From Eledone cirrhosa (Eukaryota): a stretch of 64,000 bases of DNA. Positions 1-13,576 of this stretch are shown here, one piece after another. The stretch lies in contig OZ024740.1 in NCBI GenBank assembly GCA_964016885.1, positions 173,600,001-173,664,000 of the forward strand, in the 5' to 3' direction. The notes beneath the pieces are model-generated. The model did not search any database, was not told where the DNA came from, and worked only from the letters and a program-made list of their open reading frames with translations. Numbering within the stretch: position 1 is the stretch's first letter; each line of letters starts with the position of its first letter. A program made the position numbers and the translations under genes.

Positions 1-287
1 ACTACCAATACAGTAGCAGTTGCAGCATTTCCTCGGTGTAAATTTCATTACTCAGTTCTTACATAGTCATCTGTAATGCAAACAACTAATATCTTCAATT
101 TCTAAACAATTCTAAAGGTTTTAAACAGAGTACTCATAAAATGTCACTGTCATCACCATCATCATTTTGACAGTTTTCCATGCTGACATGGGTTGGACAA
201 GACTTTTTGAAGCATTGTTTTACAGCCTGATACCTTTCTTGATAGCAACCCTTTTAGTCATTTCTTAAAACGCTCAGATACAGTGTC

Positions 288-1340
288 ATCATCATCATCA
301 CCGTTTTACGTCCGTTCTTCCACGCTAGCATGGGTTAGACGGGTTGTCCTGTTGTGGGCAGTGTCTGGTCGGCTGACCATGCCTTGCTCATACAGGAACT
401 GATTTGGCTTGATTTCTACAGCTGGATGCCCTTCCTAACACCAACCTCATTTACAGTGAGTGCTGGGTGCTTTTTCGTGGCGCCTACACATCCACTTTAC
501 AGTGTGGGCTGGGTGCTTTTTCGTGGCGCCTACACGTCCACTTTACAGTGGGGGGTGTGGGAGCATATTGTCTATATGCTTCAGCTTGTACCCATGGGAG
601 GTCGGGTACTCTGTATTACTGCGTGACGCCAGAAGTCACGGTCGTGTGTCATTGCCTTTGAGAGGTGTAATTGGGTAAGGTCGGCTTTTATCACCTCATC
701 CCAGGTCATCTTGGGTCTCCCCACTCCGCGGTTTCCATCAACTTCTAGTGCTCTGCACCTTTTTATGCAGCTGTCATCCTTCATACGCATCACATGTCCA
801 TACCAGTGCAACCGCCTCTCCTGCACACAGCATTTGATTCCTCTTATGCTCAGTATCTCTCTCAATTCATTTATGCTTTGTCGTTCACGTATATTACTGT
901 TACACATCCATCAGAGCATACAGGCTTCGTTTTTCTCTAATCCACGTAAGTCTTCCACCTTCAGCGCCCAGGTCTCACTACCATGCAACATTGCTGTTCG
1001 GATACACGCATCATACAGTCTGCCTTTCATTCTGAGGGAGAAGCCTTTTGCAGCTAGCAGTGGTAGTAGTTCCCTAAACTTCTTCGATCCCGTTCTTACC
1101 CTAGTTATTGTACTTTCTGAACACCCACCTCCGCTGCTAATTCGGTCACCTAGGTAGCAGAAGCTGTCTACTATTTCTACAGAGCCCTCCCAGAGATTGG
1201 TGGTACTTGTTTCCTGTGGCTGTTTGCTGCTTGCTGTCTCAGCACAGCTGCTGCATGTGAATCCTACATTCTTAATTAAGCTTCCTGAGATCCCGCTACA
1301 TCTCTTGTGTACCCATTGTTTGCATTTGGGGCAGTGTACC
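288..1340 (-). mobile_element. RTE-clade LINE, 5'-truncated copy
   Basis: RT C-terminal motifs (RRLHWYGHVMRM, GRPKMTW) and (GAT)n tail; homologous to the 42.4-45.9 kb element. Confidence 0.9.
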
Positions 1341-1752
1341 TATTCTAAACCAAAATGCACATTTATTTATCCAATTATAAGTTGAATTAATATTATTTTT
1401 ACAAACTCACATCAATGTCATTTGTTATGACATAAAACCACTACTTCATGCACAATTTGCAGTAAAACTATAAAAAGTTTTCAAAAGAATCTCACTTTCA
1501 TATATTTCATTATGTGATGGAAACAAATACCGAGAATATTTTTCACATAACATCCTAAAAGTTGCAGTAAACAATTCCATTATTATTATCCCCACCAGAG
1601 TACAGTCATATATTCATAAGGCTACAAAGGTCTTGATAAAATATTGTTCAACAAGACGAATGATAAAAATATTTATGGAAATTCATTAAGGTTAAAAAAA
1701 TTTTTTTTGAAAAATCAATATGCTGAAATCATTATTTGCTTTCTTGCTTTCG

Positions 1753-1942
1753 AGGGCAGTGGATTGGCAGTATCGGTAGAGGGTCGGACGCCATGCTTTC
1801 CAGCATAGTTACGTCCCTTTACGATCTGAGTTCAAATCCCGCCGAGGTTGACTTTGCTTTTCATCCTTACGGGGTCGATAAAATAAAGTACCAGTAATGC
1901 ACTATGTATTTGCTGGCCTTGTGCCTAAAGTAGAAACAATTA
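1753..1942 (+). mobile_element. tRNA-derived SINE with MetaSINE-like core
   Basis: A-box/B-box-like head (tggcagtatcggtag ... gagttcaaatccc) and core gactttgc(t/c)tttcatccttacggggtcgataaaataaagtacc; several copies in the window. Confidence 0.85.
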
Positions 1943-2073
1943 TTTGCTTTCTTGGTTAGTAAAGGTGGGACAGACGGATGTATGTACATACATACATACA
2001 TACATACAAAAAACTAAGACAAAATGGTTATTATAATGTCTATACGATAAATGAAAAAATAAAAAAAACTTAC

Positions 2074-2164
2074 TGATGCAGTTCCGATTTTACACTTGCA
2101 GATACTCTGGGATAGCACACCGAGAAGAGACCACAGGCTGAGGTTCGAGATGTGAACCAGTCAC
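2074..2164 (-). CDS. PPP2R1A: PP2A-A coding exon 5 ([31 protein letters not shown]); gene continues left of the window
   Basis: 91 nt, TTTTAG acceptor, CA|GTAAGT donor; contains the invariant [12 protein letters not shown] motif. Confidence 0.96.
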
Positions 2165-2446
2165 CTAAAAAAGTAAAAGCAAATTATGAGTCGATATACC
2201 TTAACCATTTTGATACTAACCTGCCCAAAACAGCCTCTGTTTCTATAAAACAAAACACCACCCAACATAAGAACTTTGTTAAATTATGTTATAAAATACC
2301 ATCTTAGTAATGAGTCGATTATTTTAGTAAATCCTTCTAAATTCTTTCTTAATTAATTCAAATACATTATTTCATCAGAAATATGGCCACAAAAGGCTGA
2401 AGGAAAATTTGATATATCAAATGAATATTATAATAATAATACTTAC

Positions 2447-2588
2447 CAGTCGACAATCGTTTAACAAGGGGCACAAAGTGGTTCTCCAAATCTGTTTGCG
2501 AATGTTGGGCAGCAATTGCCCTCAGGGAATCAACAGCTTTATCTCTAACTACAGTTTCTTCAACCGTAGCCAAACTTTCAAGAGGTTT
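2447..2588 (-). CDS. PPP2R1A: PP2A-A coding exon 4 ([47 protein letters not shown])
   Basis: 142 nt, TTCAG acceptor, G|GTAAGT donor; overlaps ORF 2367..2597. Confidence 0.96.
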
Positions 2589-3367
2589 CTGAAGCAAATA
2601 GAAAAGGCTGCATATTATACTGAAAAGTAAACTAAAATATTTTTTTTTTTAATCATCTTGAGACCCACACACACATACATATTTGTATTATAAGAAATAT
2701 AGCAGTTATAATAGATTAGCAAATCTGAAGATGAATTAAAAAAAAAATGTTTTGAAAAGCAACATAAAAGAGAAGGAAGCATGAATGTGTGTGGCAGTAT
2801 GTATACTATAACCCTTCTTTTTTAAAATATAATTGGAATTTCAAGCAAACATTTTTTATATTTTACAACCTTTTACCACAGAAGTAAATAGTGAACAAAA
2901 CATGCAAATGACACAACTAAAGAAGCATAATTAAATACCCTAATATTTATAAAACCATATAAATTAATAATTTGTAGCCAGTCAGCCAGACACCAAACTA
3001 GCTAGCCAAATGTCAACTTGATATCAGGAAGCACATCACGCAAGTATTTTCAGCAACTTATGTAGGTCAGGTCTCCAACTGAACACTAAGTTATATTTGA
3101 CTATTCCATTAAAATTAGTTTATCATGAAAACAACCTTAGCATATAAAGCCATTAATAAGACAATTAAGGTGTAAATTGAACTCAAACCTCTCAGTATTT
3201 CGAGAGAAAGAGCAAAAGATGTGTGTTGCATATATGTTCCTGCATTAGAAATAGTGAAATAAATGAAATGGTCATTCAGAAAATTTAAATTGAATGGCTG
3301 TGAAATTACATTTGTAAATATCAGAAGTAAAGCTTGCTGAATTTTAATATCTGATGCCCCAACTTAC

Positions 3368-3468
3368 CAATAGACAATAGACATATTCAGAGCCACCAAC
3401 TAGAGGAGTGAAGATTCCAAGTTGTTCTGCAAGCGCCAGCAACACCTCATCTTCATCATATATAGTAT
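3368..3468 (-). CDS. PPP2R1A: PP2A-A coding exon 3 ([34 protein letters not shown])
   Basis: 101 nt, TTTTAG acceptor, G|GTAAGT donor; HEAT-repeat sequence in frame. Not in the ORF track. Confidence 0.96.
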
Positions 3469-6400
3469 CTAAAAGTTGAAAGAAAAAAATAAAGAAAATA
3501 ATAAACAACAAGGAACTTCAGTTTAAATATTATATTAAAGCCAAACATATGCATAGATAATATCTCTTGAGTATGAACCTGTAAGCAATATTAAGAAACC
3601 ATTTGAAGTAAATAGTTGTTGAATGGAAAATTTCATCTTGTTCCAAATTACAGCACTTTCTGTTGCTAAAGTAAATTGGTGTTAATATCATGTTAATTAT
3701 GAAGGCCACAAGATGATAGTAATGGAGACAAGATGTGTAAAACAAGAATTGATGATAAAAGAGAAAATGTTTCATGAGAGGCAGAAATAACCAATTGTAA
3801 TAAATGAAGTGAAATTATCAAGATTAATACAAAAAGATAAATAACTTCATAGATGTTCAACAAGGTTGTATTATGGAAAAGCATATATAACTTAAACTCT
3901 TTCACCCACGTCCTCATCCCCTCCAAGAGTCTTGATAACTATTCCAACAATTTTACTGCCTTCAAATTATTTTAACTCTCAGTTAAGCATCATAACAAAC
4001 ATTGGTTTTATGGGCTGTCTTTCCATGTTGGCATGGATTGGACAGATTTCCAAGACAGCTTGCCATAGAAATTGATTTACAGCAATATGTGCTCAGTCAA
4101 TACAATTTGGCATTTCTTTTACAATTGGATATCCTTAATTGCAGCAGTGGCACAAAACTGATATGATTATGATACCGGTCCCATGATGCCTTTATGTATG
4201 CCAATTTGAGCTTTTGGTAGGAACATGGAGTGTGTTTATCACACAGAACTGTACAAATTCAAGGTACAGAATCAAGACAATATGCATATAAATATTGAAT
4301 TAAATTAGATAATATACTAATATGAATACTACTCTTTATATGTTTCTTGCTTCAAAGTCACCTTTAAAATGTTTAACATTGACTATATAATGAAAACAAC
4401 TCTACAAAAAAAAAAAAATGGCATCTATATATATTTCAAAATATGAGTAAAGAAACTACAGTAGAAATATATTTTTCACCTATAACACCTATAATCTATT
4501 TATTCAATCTATAACAAAGTAATTTTCTGTAGATTTATCACTAGTTGTTAGTAACATAAAACTACCAAATTATCAACATTTTCACATAAAAGTTATTCTA
4601 TACCAAGTTTATGACACGCATCATTTTCACATTCACTTTTCCTAACTGGCATGGGTTAGAATGCAGTGTTTCTATAATTTGCTAAATGAAGTCTTAATTA
4701 AACTGATAAAACAGATTAAATTTAAATAAATGATTTGTATATAGATATATCTTTTTTTTATAGCTAGATTTTAAAAAAATCAATACATAAGTAGGTTAAC
4801 TCTTAAACATTCTGTACCACATCAAAATATAGTAGCAAGAGGTATGAATATTGATGATTTAATTAAAGAATTAATAGCTGATAAAAACGTTTTGTATTTG
4901 AAGATGTTTGTGATGTATGTATGATAATGTCTGTTATTAATTGCATTTAATGGTCTATTCACAAGTAAAGATACTATTTGAATAAAAAGCCCATTTTTAG
5001 ACACTTTCTGCTAAATCATCATAGGATGTGAAGAGTTAACCCCCCACCCCCACACACCAGCTTTAATGTTGTAGTTTTTCAAAAATCATCCTGTAGAAAT
5101 TTCTTTATAAAACTGACATTTTCCTACTATTGAATAGACAAAAACATTCTGGCAATAAGTCAAGCTCTCATCAATGAGAAAAAAAATATATATATTCTTT
5201 CTATATTAAACCATTTCGGAATTTTAGACCAAATATATAATTGCCTAAATTATTTAAGTTTGGCATTACACTCAGGATAATTTCCAAGTACAAACTCACC
5301 ATTTAAAATATTAAAATTAATTATATATAAAAAAAAAAAATAGATATATTTTATATCATAATAATTAAAGCATTTAATTTACAGCCAACATCATATATAA
5401 CACATGGTCTTATCTTAATTCAGTATTAGCTTGTGATTAATATAATAATGTAATATTTCTAAGCAGTTGAAGCAGATAGTGTATGTGTCACATTTATGAC
5501 ACTTACACATACAAATTTTGCTACAGTCCACTTTCAAAAGGAACAAGACAATACTATCATGTCCCTGGTTAACTGTTTTCTAGCATGCAAAAAAACAATG
5601 TTACTTTACAATGTCAATGGGCAGTCACAGAGATTAGCATTTACTCATTAAACAATAACACTATCAATTTTTAAGGCTAATTTTTATACCACTTTTATTA
5701 ATTCCAGGAATGTGCTGAGCTCTTGCATGCAAACTCATTTAGTGTCAAGACAAGTCTGTTGGAAATAACAAGTGCTGTGTTATTTGGTAATGTGTTGAAA
5801 TTTGATTAAAATCAACACCAAGTTTCATACACGACATAATAGCTAAAGCAGTGACAGGTTAGTACAATCAACAAGTTCAATCTGTCTTTCAGAACTGAGG
5901 AAGAAATATCTTTCTGGTCAACGCAACAAAGAAACGGCAATGATCCAGGGATTACATAATTAACTTTCTAACATGTTCATCGTTTGTGAACATTACAAAG
6001 CAGCATGTTGAATAATAGCTTATGTTTGAGATAAAGGTTACAAGACAATGTGGTTACTGACTACACATACATGTGATTCATACAATAATATTGCTAGAAC
6101 AAGTGAATGGGAAAATATTTGATAATTCAGACAAGAGAAATTTAATGGTATTTAGCAGAAAATGTAAAACTTCTTTTCATAAACATGCAGACTAATAATG
6201 CTACAAATATGAGAATTAGAATTAATGTTTAAATAAAAGAAAAAGGAAATATATTTGCTACTTGTGAACCCACTAATTCTTGTTTGTAAAAAGATTTTCT
6301 TTCATTACGAAATCAAAGGACTCCTGTATCACTGAATGGATAATTATTTCCATTCCTAAAAATGAAATATAATTTGAAGACATGCTTTCACCTTATACTT

Positions 6401-9400
6401 ATAACTGGAATTTCACCAATACAACCCAAAATTGTAGCTATAAATTTTTATATAGCTAATAATAAGGTTAACTCTTCTAAAAGATTTTTTTTTAAGAATA
6501 AAAAAGTTATAAATCTCCTGAATAAATTTTATAAAAGAGCTTTAAAGAATGACAAGTTTTCTAAGAGTATAAAATGATGCTAAAATGCTCCAGGGAAGTG
6601 AGGTTGTGAAGAGGAATAGACAAATGAGACAAACAAAACAACACTGTTAATCAAGGCACAGTTATAGTTGGTTGTGGATTAAAAAACTTTCCTACCTGCG
6701 AGAAAATTTTTCTCTGATGCCAGTGCAGCATGAAAAAAAGGTACATGGTAATTGTATGAAGAGGATTTAAAACCATATATGAAGATGGCTACCACAGTAA
6801 TCACTAGTAAAAGTAGCCAATGTAATAAGAGAACAAAAAATAATGTCCACAATACTTAACACTAAAAAGAGATACAATTCTAAAATAAATGAAGAGGAGA
6901 AAGGAAAGAATTATCCTTAATGTTGCGTCATTTAGGCTAGGAAATAGCAAAAGCTCAGCACTTCTTTCACTATCATTGTCTGTTTTCCATGCTTTCATGG
7001 GTTTGACAATTTATGACAGTCTGAATCAGTTATTTAAAACTACCTCATAAACAGGTTCAAAGACCACCTCACCTTTCATCTAGTATGGTTTCTATAATGG
7101 GATGCCTTTCTTAATGTAAAAAACTTGACAATGTACTGGGTGTATCTTACTATATCCCTTGCATGACTAAAGAGTCCTCTCTGCTGTCTCTTGTCACCAT
7201 TTCTTCAAGACAAATGTGGCAATGGAATAGTAGAGGAAGTACCATATATACTCAAATATAAGTGAAGAATCTTTCAATCTTACTTCTGACTTGTCTTTTA
7301 TTTATTTCACTCCCCCCTTCTCTTGTCCTTGCCGTCTCGACTCTATGAAGTTCTCTTATTTGATCTCTTGCTTTCTAATACTTTCAGCATGTGAGTCACC
7401 GGAAGTAAACAAAAATTCAAGAAACTTGTGGAAATTTTATAAAATGGATGAAATGGTAAAAATGCATTACGTAATGGAGTTTTGAAATAAAAACTACATT
7501 CTAAACAGCATTTTAAACATCAAAATATTAAAACCACATAAATATATTCAGGAAAATTTCAAAACCATGCTGTCTAAACAATATGTTGACCAGCTGCTTC
7601 ACTTATAAATAAGGTTTGGATTTTTGCCCAGTTCTCAGACATAAAATAGGGGGTTGGTTTATATTCAAGGTGATGAAAGGAGGATTGAGTAGGAGACTGC
7701 TGAAAGTCAACAATGAATAATAGGCGAGTGGGGAGTAATGCACACTTGTGAAATAGAAAGCGAAGAGATGAATAGCAAAGAAAAGTGTTGGTAAAGGAGT
7801 ATTGTAACTTGTCACAGGCATCTAGATGGAAGAGAAGGGAAGATTAAATACTGACAGATCTAATGTCATTACTTGTTTACACACCTGACAAGGTATAGTG
7901 AATAGGAGAGAAATATATGATTTATTTCATGTGCAGATCACCTGTGATCTAACTACTTCTTCACAACTTCACCCCAGGTTTTCTTAGGTTTCCCTCTTCC
8001 ACAATTTCCATCTACAATGAACATTCAGCACTTTTTTTTTTTTCATATGCACCACATACCAATACCCACAGAAATCTTTCTTGAACAATACACCAGATTC
8101 CTCTTATATCAAACTTCTCTTTCAATTTATTCGGGCTCCATCGTCCATGTATTACACATCCAATAAAGCAGGTTTGTTAAATATGTGTTTGGCTATCGCA
8201 AATCTTCCAGTCCCTACTATACATACAGCACCACATTTTATACATAACCATCATACAATCTTCTCTTTATTGAAGCGGGAGAAAGAGGTCAATTATCAAC
8301 AGAGGTTATAGCTCCATGAACTTTCCCCCCCCCTGTTCTTACTGACTAATATGCTTTTGGAATACCAACCTCCTCTACAAATTAAATCATCAAGATAACA
8401 ACAGCTATCAACTACTAATGAGCTTTCTGAGCATTTGAAAGATTTATTCCATAGGTATTCTTGCTAACTACTGTGTATCTGCCATATTTAATATATATTC
8501 ATTGTCAGCTTGCCTGTGATCCCACTACCTATTGTGTGTCTAATAGTTTATATTGGGTACACCATATGGAATCTGTACCAACTCTTTTTCTGTATATCAA
8601 GAATGGTCATTTTCCTGACTGTAGTAGGGTCCTGTCTTTCTCACTAAAATTTTAACCATTGCAAAGTTTATTTAAAAGCTTCCATGTCTAGGGTTTCTTC
8701 TCTAAATCTTCTATAGATTAAGCTATAAAAACTAGGTCATCAGCATACAGGGATTCCCACAGACAGCCTTGATGCCTTCACATGTCTTAAATCTTCAATG
8801 CCTGCATCTTCCAACCTTGCAGCATCACACTTATTCCATGTTTTTTTTTGCAAAAAAAGAAAGGCCATTTGTTGCTAAGAGAACACATATCTTCCAACCT
8901 TCATTCTAGCACTGGTTATGTCAGATGACTATATGCATATCATTTTCCACTAGATCTTTATAATATAATAATAATAATGAAATTATCGTGTAAAGTGCTC
9001 AGTAATGAAAATTCTCATAATGGCATGTGAAAATCATAGTCTAAATATAACTTTAAATTATTCTACTAGATCTAGAGCATTAGAAGACAACAATGAAATT
9101 AAATTCACAACTATAAATCCAGCCTGCAGAGATGAAGGACAATTCAATGAAAACTGCTGAAAACTTTTTTCTACAACATAGGAAACAAGAATTTAAGACT
9201 CCAAAAATTTGACATTAAAAATACTTCTGCCCAGATCCCTAAAAGGATTTGAAGTTGCTCTTTCAAAAGTCCTGAAGAAGACTGGAATACCACCAAAGCT
9301 TAAGATTTCAAAAGTATGTATTACCTTTTGCTGACAAAACAAAGTACTAGAGTAATTATATAGAAGAAAAATTAGACTGACTGTATTGATAATTACAAGG

Positions 9401-9943
9401 AGCTAAAGAAAGGTGAACTCTTTCAGTACAAATCTGCCTAAAAATTTACATGTTCTTAGTCTACCAACCTATTCATATTTAAAAAGAGAATATTGGTATA
9501 AATCTCACTATGTTAGTGATAACACACGACTTTCCGATATAAAAACATATGCAGTATCTTGTCCAACACAGTATGATGCAAAATTTGTCCAACACCTTAA
9601 CCACTAGGAAATGCGCCTTTATATTCAAAGGATTTTCAAACAGTAAATTCCAGTAGCAAATAGAAAATATGAGTTTAACTATATGTTAGATGTAGATATT
9701 GAAAGCAAGAACAAATATATTTTATAAACACAAGGGAATGAACATATTAAAAATGTTTTTCAAAAATGTTCAGGAGAATCATCAACCCAATCACAGCCTT
9801 GTCAATGACTCATAACTAAATGTTTATTTCTTTTAATTTTTCCTATTGAAAAGCTTCAAACAATCACTACAGAAATACAACATTACATAGAACATAAAGA
9901 CAGACTTTGGTTTCACATATGCCTGGATCGAATTGGAGCATAT

Positions 9944-10128
9944 AATTGTTTCTACTTTTGGCACAAGGCCAGCAATTACTCCAATGTATTACTGGTACTT
10001 TATTTTATCGACCCCGCAAGGATGAAAGGCAAAGTTAACCTCGGCGAGATTTGAACTCAGATCATAAAGGGCCGTAACTATGCTGCAAAGCATGGTGTAC
10101 GATTCTCTACCGATTCTGCCAACTACTG
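9944..10128 (-). mobile_element. Same SINE family, reverse orientation
   Basis: Reverse complement of 1753-1942. Confidence 0.85.
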
Positions 10129-12411
10129 TAATAATAAACATTAGGAAATTGCCCAAGATTAACAACTAATGGAACCCCATTTCCAGTATCATGACCATGG
10201 TGCAGTTTTTTAAATTGCATCAGTATTTGTATGTACAAGACAAACAGTAGACCAATACATGGGGAAGAGTATTATGACCACTTATTTGAAATAAGACCCC
10301 CTACTGGACACAATAAAAGACACAAGTCCTTCAACAAACAAGGAAAAATAGTCCATTGGTGGGACATGAAGTCTGTATGCATTTTATGCAATTCTGCAAA
10401 CTATGGTATCAAAATATAGGAAATTTGTGGAAAAAAACAGAGTACTGTGGTTTTAATTTTTATAAGAAGGAAATCAACAGTTCTACCCAGCATTGTCTAA
10501 AATACAATATGGGAAGGAATTATCACCATAAACAAGGACATATATGTTTTGACTGGAATTTTTATTTGGTCAAATTTGTAGCAACATGTGATTGCTAACA
10601 GAAAGGACTACTGCTGGATATAAAAAAAAAGAAAATAAAGAATGAAATAATCCCATGACAGAAATAATGTAGTAGCCACTACATACAGAAACAAAAGGCA
10701 AATTTGTGTGCTTAATGAAATGTGGATGAAAATAACTTTTGTAAACCTAAATTACAAAGCTACTGCACAGTTTGTAGTCATGGTAATAAGTGGTGGGTGA
10801 TGCCTAATTTGCTATATAATAAATGAGCTTTACAAATGATTTTCTTATTTTTTTTTTATTATGAGGAAATATGATGCGATCATTTGCCCCTCCAAGCAAA
10901 TGTTGCTATACATTTGAGTGGAACCTATTCATTAAAAAAAAGTTTGGGAGGAAGGCAATAGCCTGTCAGATAGATACTTCTTTCAATTCATGTGCCAATA
11001 ATGCCAACACTAGAAAATGAAAGCTCTTAATGGTTGGTTAACTGAAACAACTTTCTAACATTTATGCAGAATGTGATGCTTCATTAAGGTCTAAGAAATA
11101 CAGTAACAAACGGTTTAATAATAATATAAGCTATCAAACATAGTGAAAAAAAAACCCCCATCTTTATGACGCCTCATACATACATCATCATTTTACGTCC
11201 TCTTTTCCCTGCTTGCAAGGGTGGGACGGGTCCTATTCAGCCCAGCATCTCTCCCTTCGTCACGGTCCTTTGTCATCTCCTCCGTGAGCTTCAGCTCAAG
11301 TTAATGTAATATGACTTGACATGAATAAACAGACCAAAAGTTTGGCAATTGTTAAAAGCAGAGAATGCTTCCTCATCACCACTACCAACAGTCACATCAC
11401 AATAAGCATAATATCCATCTCATGAGTAAAACTGCACATTTTTGTGTTCCATATAATATCAATAAATAATGTTCCACTACATATTCAGTTAAAATTGAAT
11501 TTTCTTTCTGATTTGTACCCTAGCCCTGGTTGAAAATTGCTTTCAAGACTTCTTTTTAGTTGACTCAATACTTATTTCAATTAGGTATTTACTTATGTTA
11601 ACATTTTGATCATAACAGCAGATTTGTTTTAACTGACAGGGTTGTGTCAAACACATACAAACACTCACAAGTTATATATTTTACACATATACGAAGGGTT
11701 TATGCAGTTTGCCATCATTGCCAACAGAAGGCATAGCTCCTTAAACTTTTTCTATTCTTATTCTTCTTATGCTTTCTAATGAGCCCCTCCACTTCAACTT
11801 GTTTCTTTTAACCAGCCTTGATACTATTCCACCTTTTATGTACCCATAGTTTACAATGAGTACACAAGTTTCTCTAGCATACTGAGCACAGCCGTATCCT
11901 TGAAGGCAATTTGACCCTGTCTTTTTCCTTCTTTACTAAATTTATTATTTTCTAGGTTCTGTTTCCAAGAATTTCTTCTTTAAATCTCCCCCAGATTCAG
12001 TTATAAGTACTAGTATATAATAGTTCCTACAGACAACCTATCTTAAATTCCTCTATTATAGCTTGAAAAAATAATGAACAGGAGCAGGTTGAAAACAAAC
12101 TTGAATGACAGTGACCTGCACATCTCTCACAAGCCATTCAGCTTCCACATTAGCAAGACATTCTTCAAAAATATAAAACATTACTATGACTGTATCACAT
12201 TAAGTTTTTATTCACAACAATTCACTGATAAAGATATACATGTTTGAATTAATACAGTCATTTTTAGGTATTTTCAACTAAATCATTACAAGTTGTTAAA
12301 AAGCCATCAAACTAGATTGTGGTTCTTTGTCAAAAGCCTTCTCCAGATCAACAAAAGCTAAATATAATGGCTTTCTTGTGAATAACAAACCATATATATA
12401 TAGCTCATATA

Positions 12412-12706
12412 CAGAAACATGGCATATCAAAACAGAGAAGGCAATTCTTGCCACTATGATTATGGATCAAGATTTGAAGAGGATACTTCATTACAGAAAA
12501 AAAAAGAAAAGAAAATCAAAGCCTAAAATTATGAATCGTTTAAATAAATTAAATATATGCAGAAACATGGCATATCAAAACAGAGAATGCAATTCTTGCC
12601 ACTATGATTATGGATCAAGATTTGAAGAGGATACTTCATTACAGAAAAAAAAAAAGAAAAGAAAATCAACGCCTAAAATTATGAATCGTTTAAATAAATT
12701 AAATAT
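12412..12706. repeat. Direct tandem duplication, ~148-bp unit x2
   Basis: cagaaacatggcatatcaaaacagag...aaataaattaaatat occurs at ~12412 and ~12560. Confidence 0.9.
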
Positions 12707-13262
12707 TCTATAATATTGATTTCTTACTTATGGAGGTAAGGGAAATGTAACATATATGCCATTCTGAAATATATTCATGATGTAATTGAAAGCTTCAACA
12801 AATGATGGATTTTCTATTAGTTTTGACCATGAGCATTCAGTAATTCAATCAATTGAATGTCTAACTTATGAATAAACAGGTTAAGTATTCAACAGACATA
12901 TACCCGTAACATAATTTTCATGCAGAATCAGTATGACAATATGTGATAAGGTTGGACATTAAAAACAGATACAATTTATCCAACAGGCTTCCGCAATATT
13001 TCACTTAGAAGGCTTTGGTTTACCTGAGGATATGGTAAAGTCACTTGCACAAGATGTTATGCAGTAGGATCAAACCAGACCCAGAACCTAATAATGACAA
13101 AGCAAACTTCTTAACCACTCAGTCAAGCCTGTGTCCACAAATAATTATAATACGATCACTGATATAGGTCACAAAAGGGTTGATTTTTGAAATACTGATA
13201 TAAAACTTTCTATGGAAAATTACAATACAGAACAAGAAAATAGAGGCTGTGAGCCAAAGTAA

Positions 13263-13576
13263 AATATGTAAAAAGGCTGGCTAAATAATACAAAATGGAC
13301 GGTAAGATGAAGGCAATGAAAAAGTTAGCTACCTGGTAATCTTTGTTGTTTCTTTCGTCCTAATATTTCCTTCATCGGAGTATAAGCAACTCTCAGAGAA
13401 AAAAAACTTTCAAAGCAAATCGACTGGAACGTTTTTTTCTCAGAGTTCCTTATACTCTGACAAAGGGAATAAGTCCAGAAATATTATGACAAAAAAAAAA
13501 AAAAAAAAGATTACCAGGTAACTAACTTTTTCATTGCCTTCCATCCATTTTGAATTGTTTAGCCTTCTTACATATA
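13263..13576. repeat. Fold-back (inverted repeat) element in intron 2
   Basis: gaaggcaatgaaaaagttagctacctggtaatcttt pairs with aaagattaccaggtaactaactttttcattgccttc; outer and inner arms also pair. Confidence 0.8.

Noticed and set aside
711-1157. Plus-strand ORFs over LINEs (also 42764, 43323, 43780)
   Set aside because: Antisense shadows of RTE coding sequence.
1753-1845. tRNA gene
   Set aside because: The A/B boxes belong to a multi-copy SINE head; no cloverleaf is evident.
1-2073. PP2A-A exon 6 (expected YF..LC.DDTPMVRRA)
   Set aside because: No matching sequence found; it presumably lies left of the window.
12327-12713. 128-aa Lys-rich ORF
   Set aside because: Antisense RT scrap plus a 148-bp tandem duplication and A-runs.
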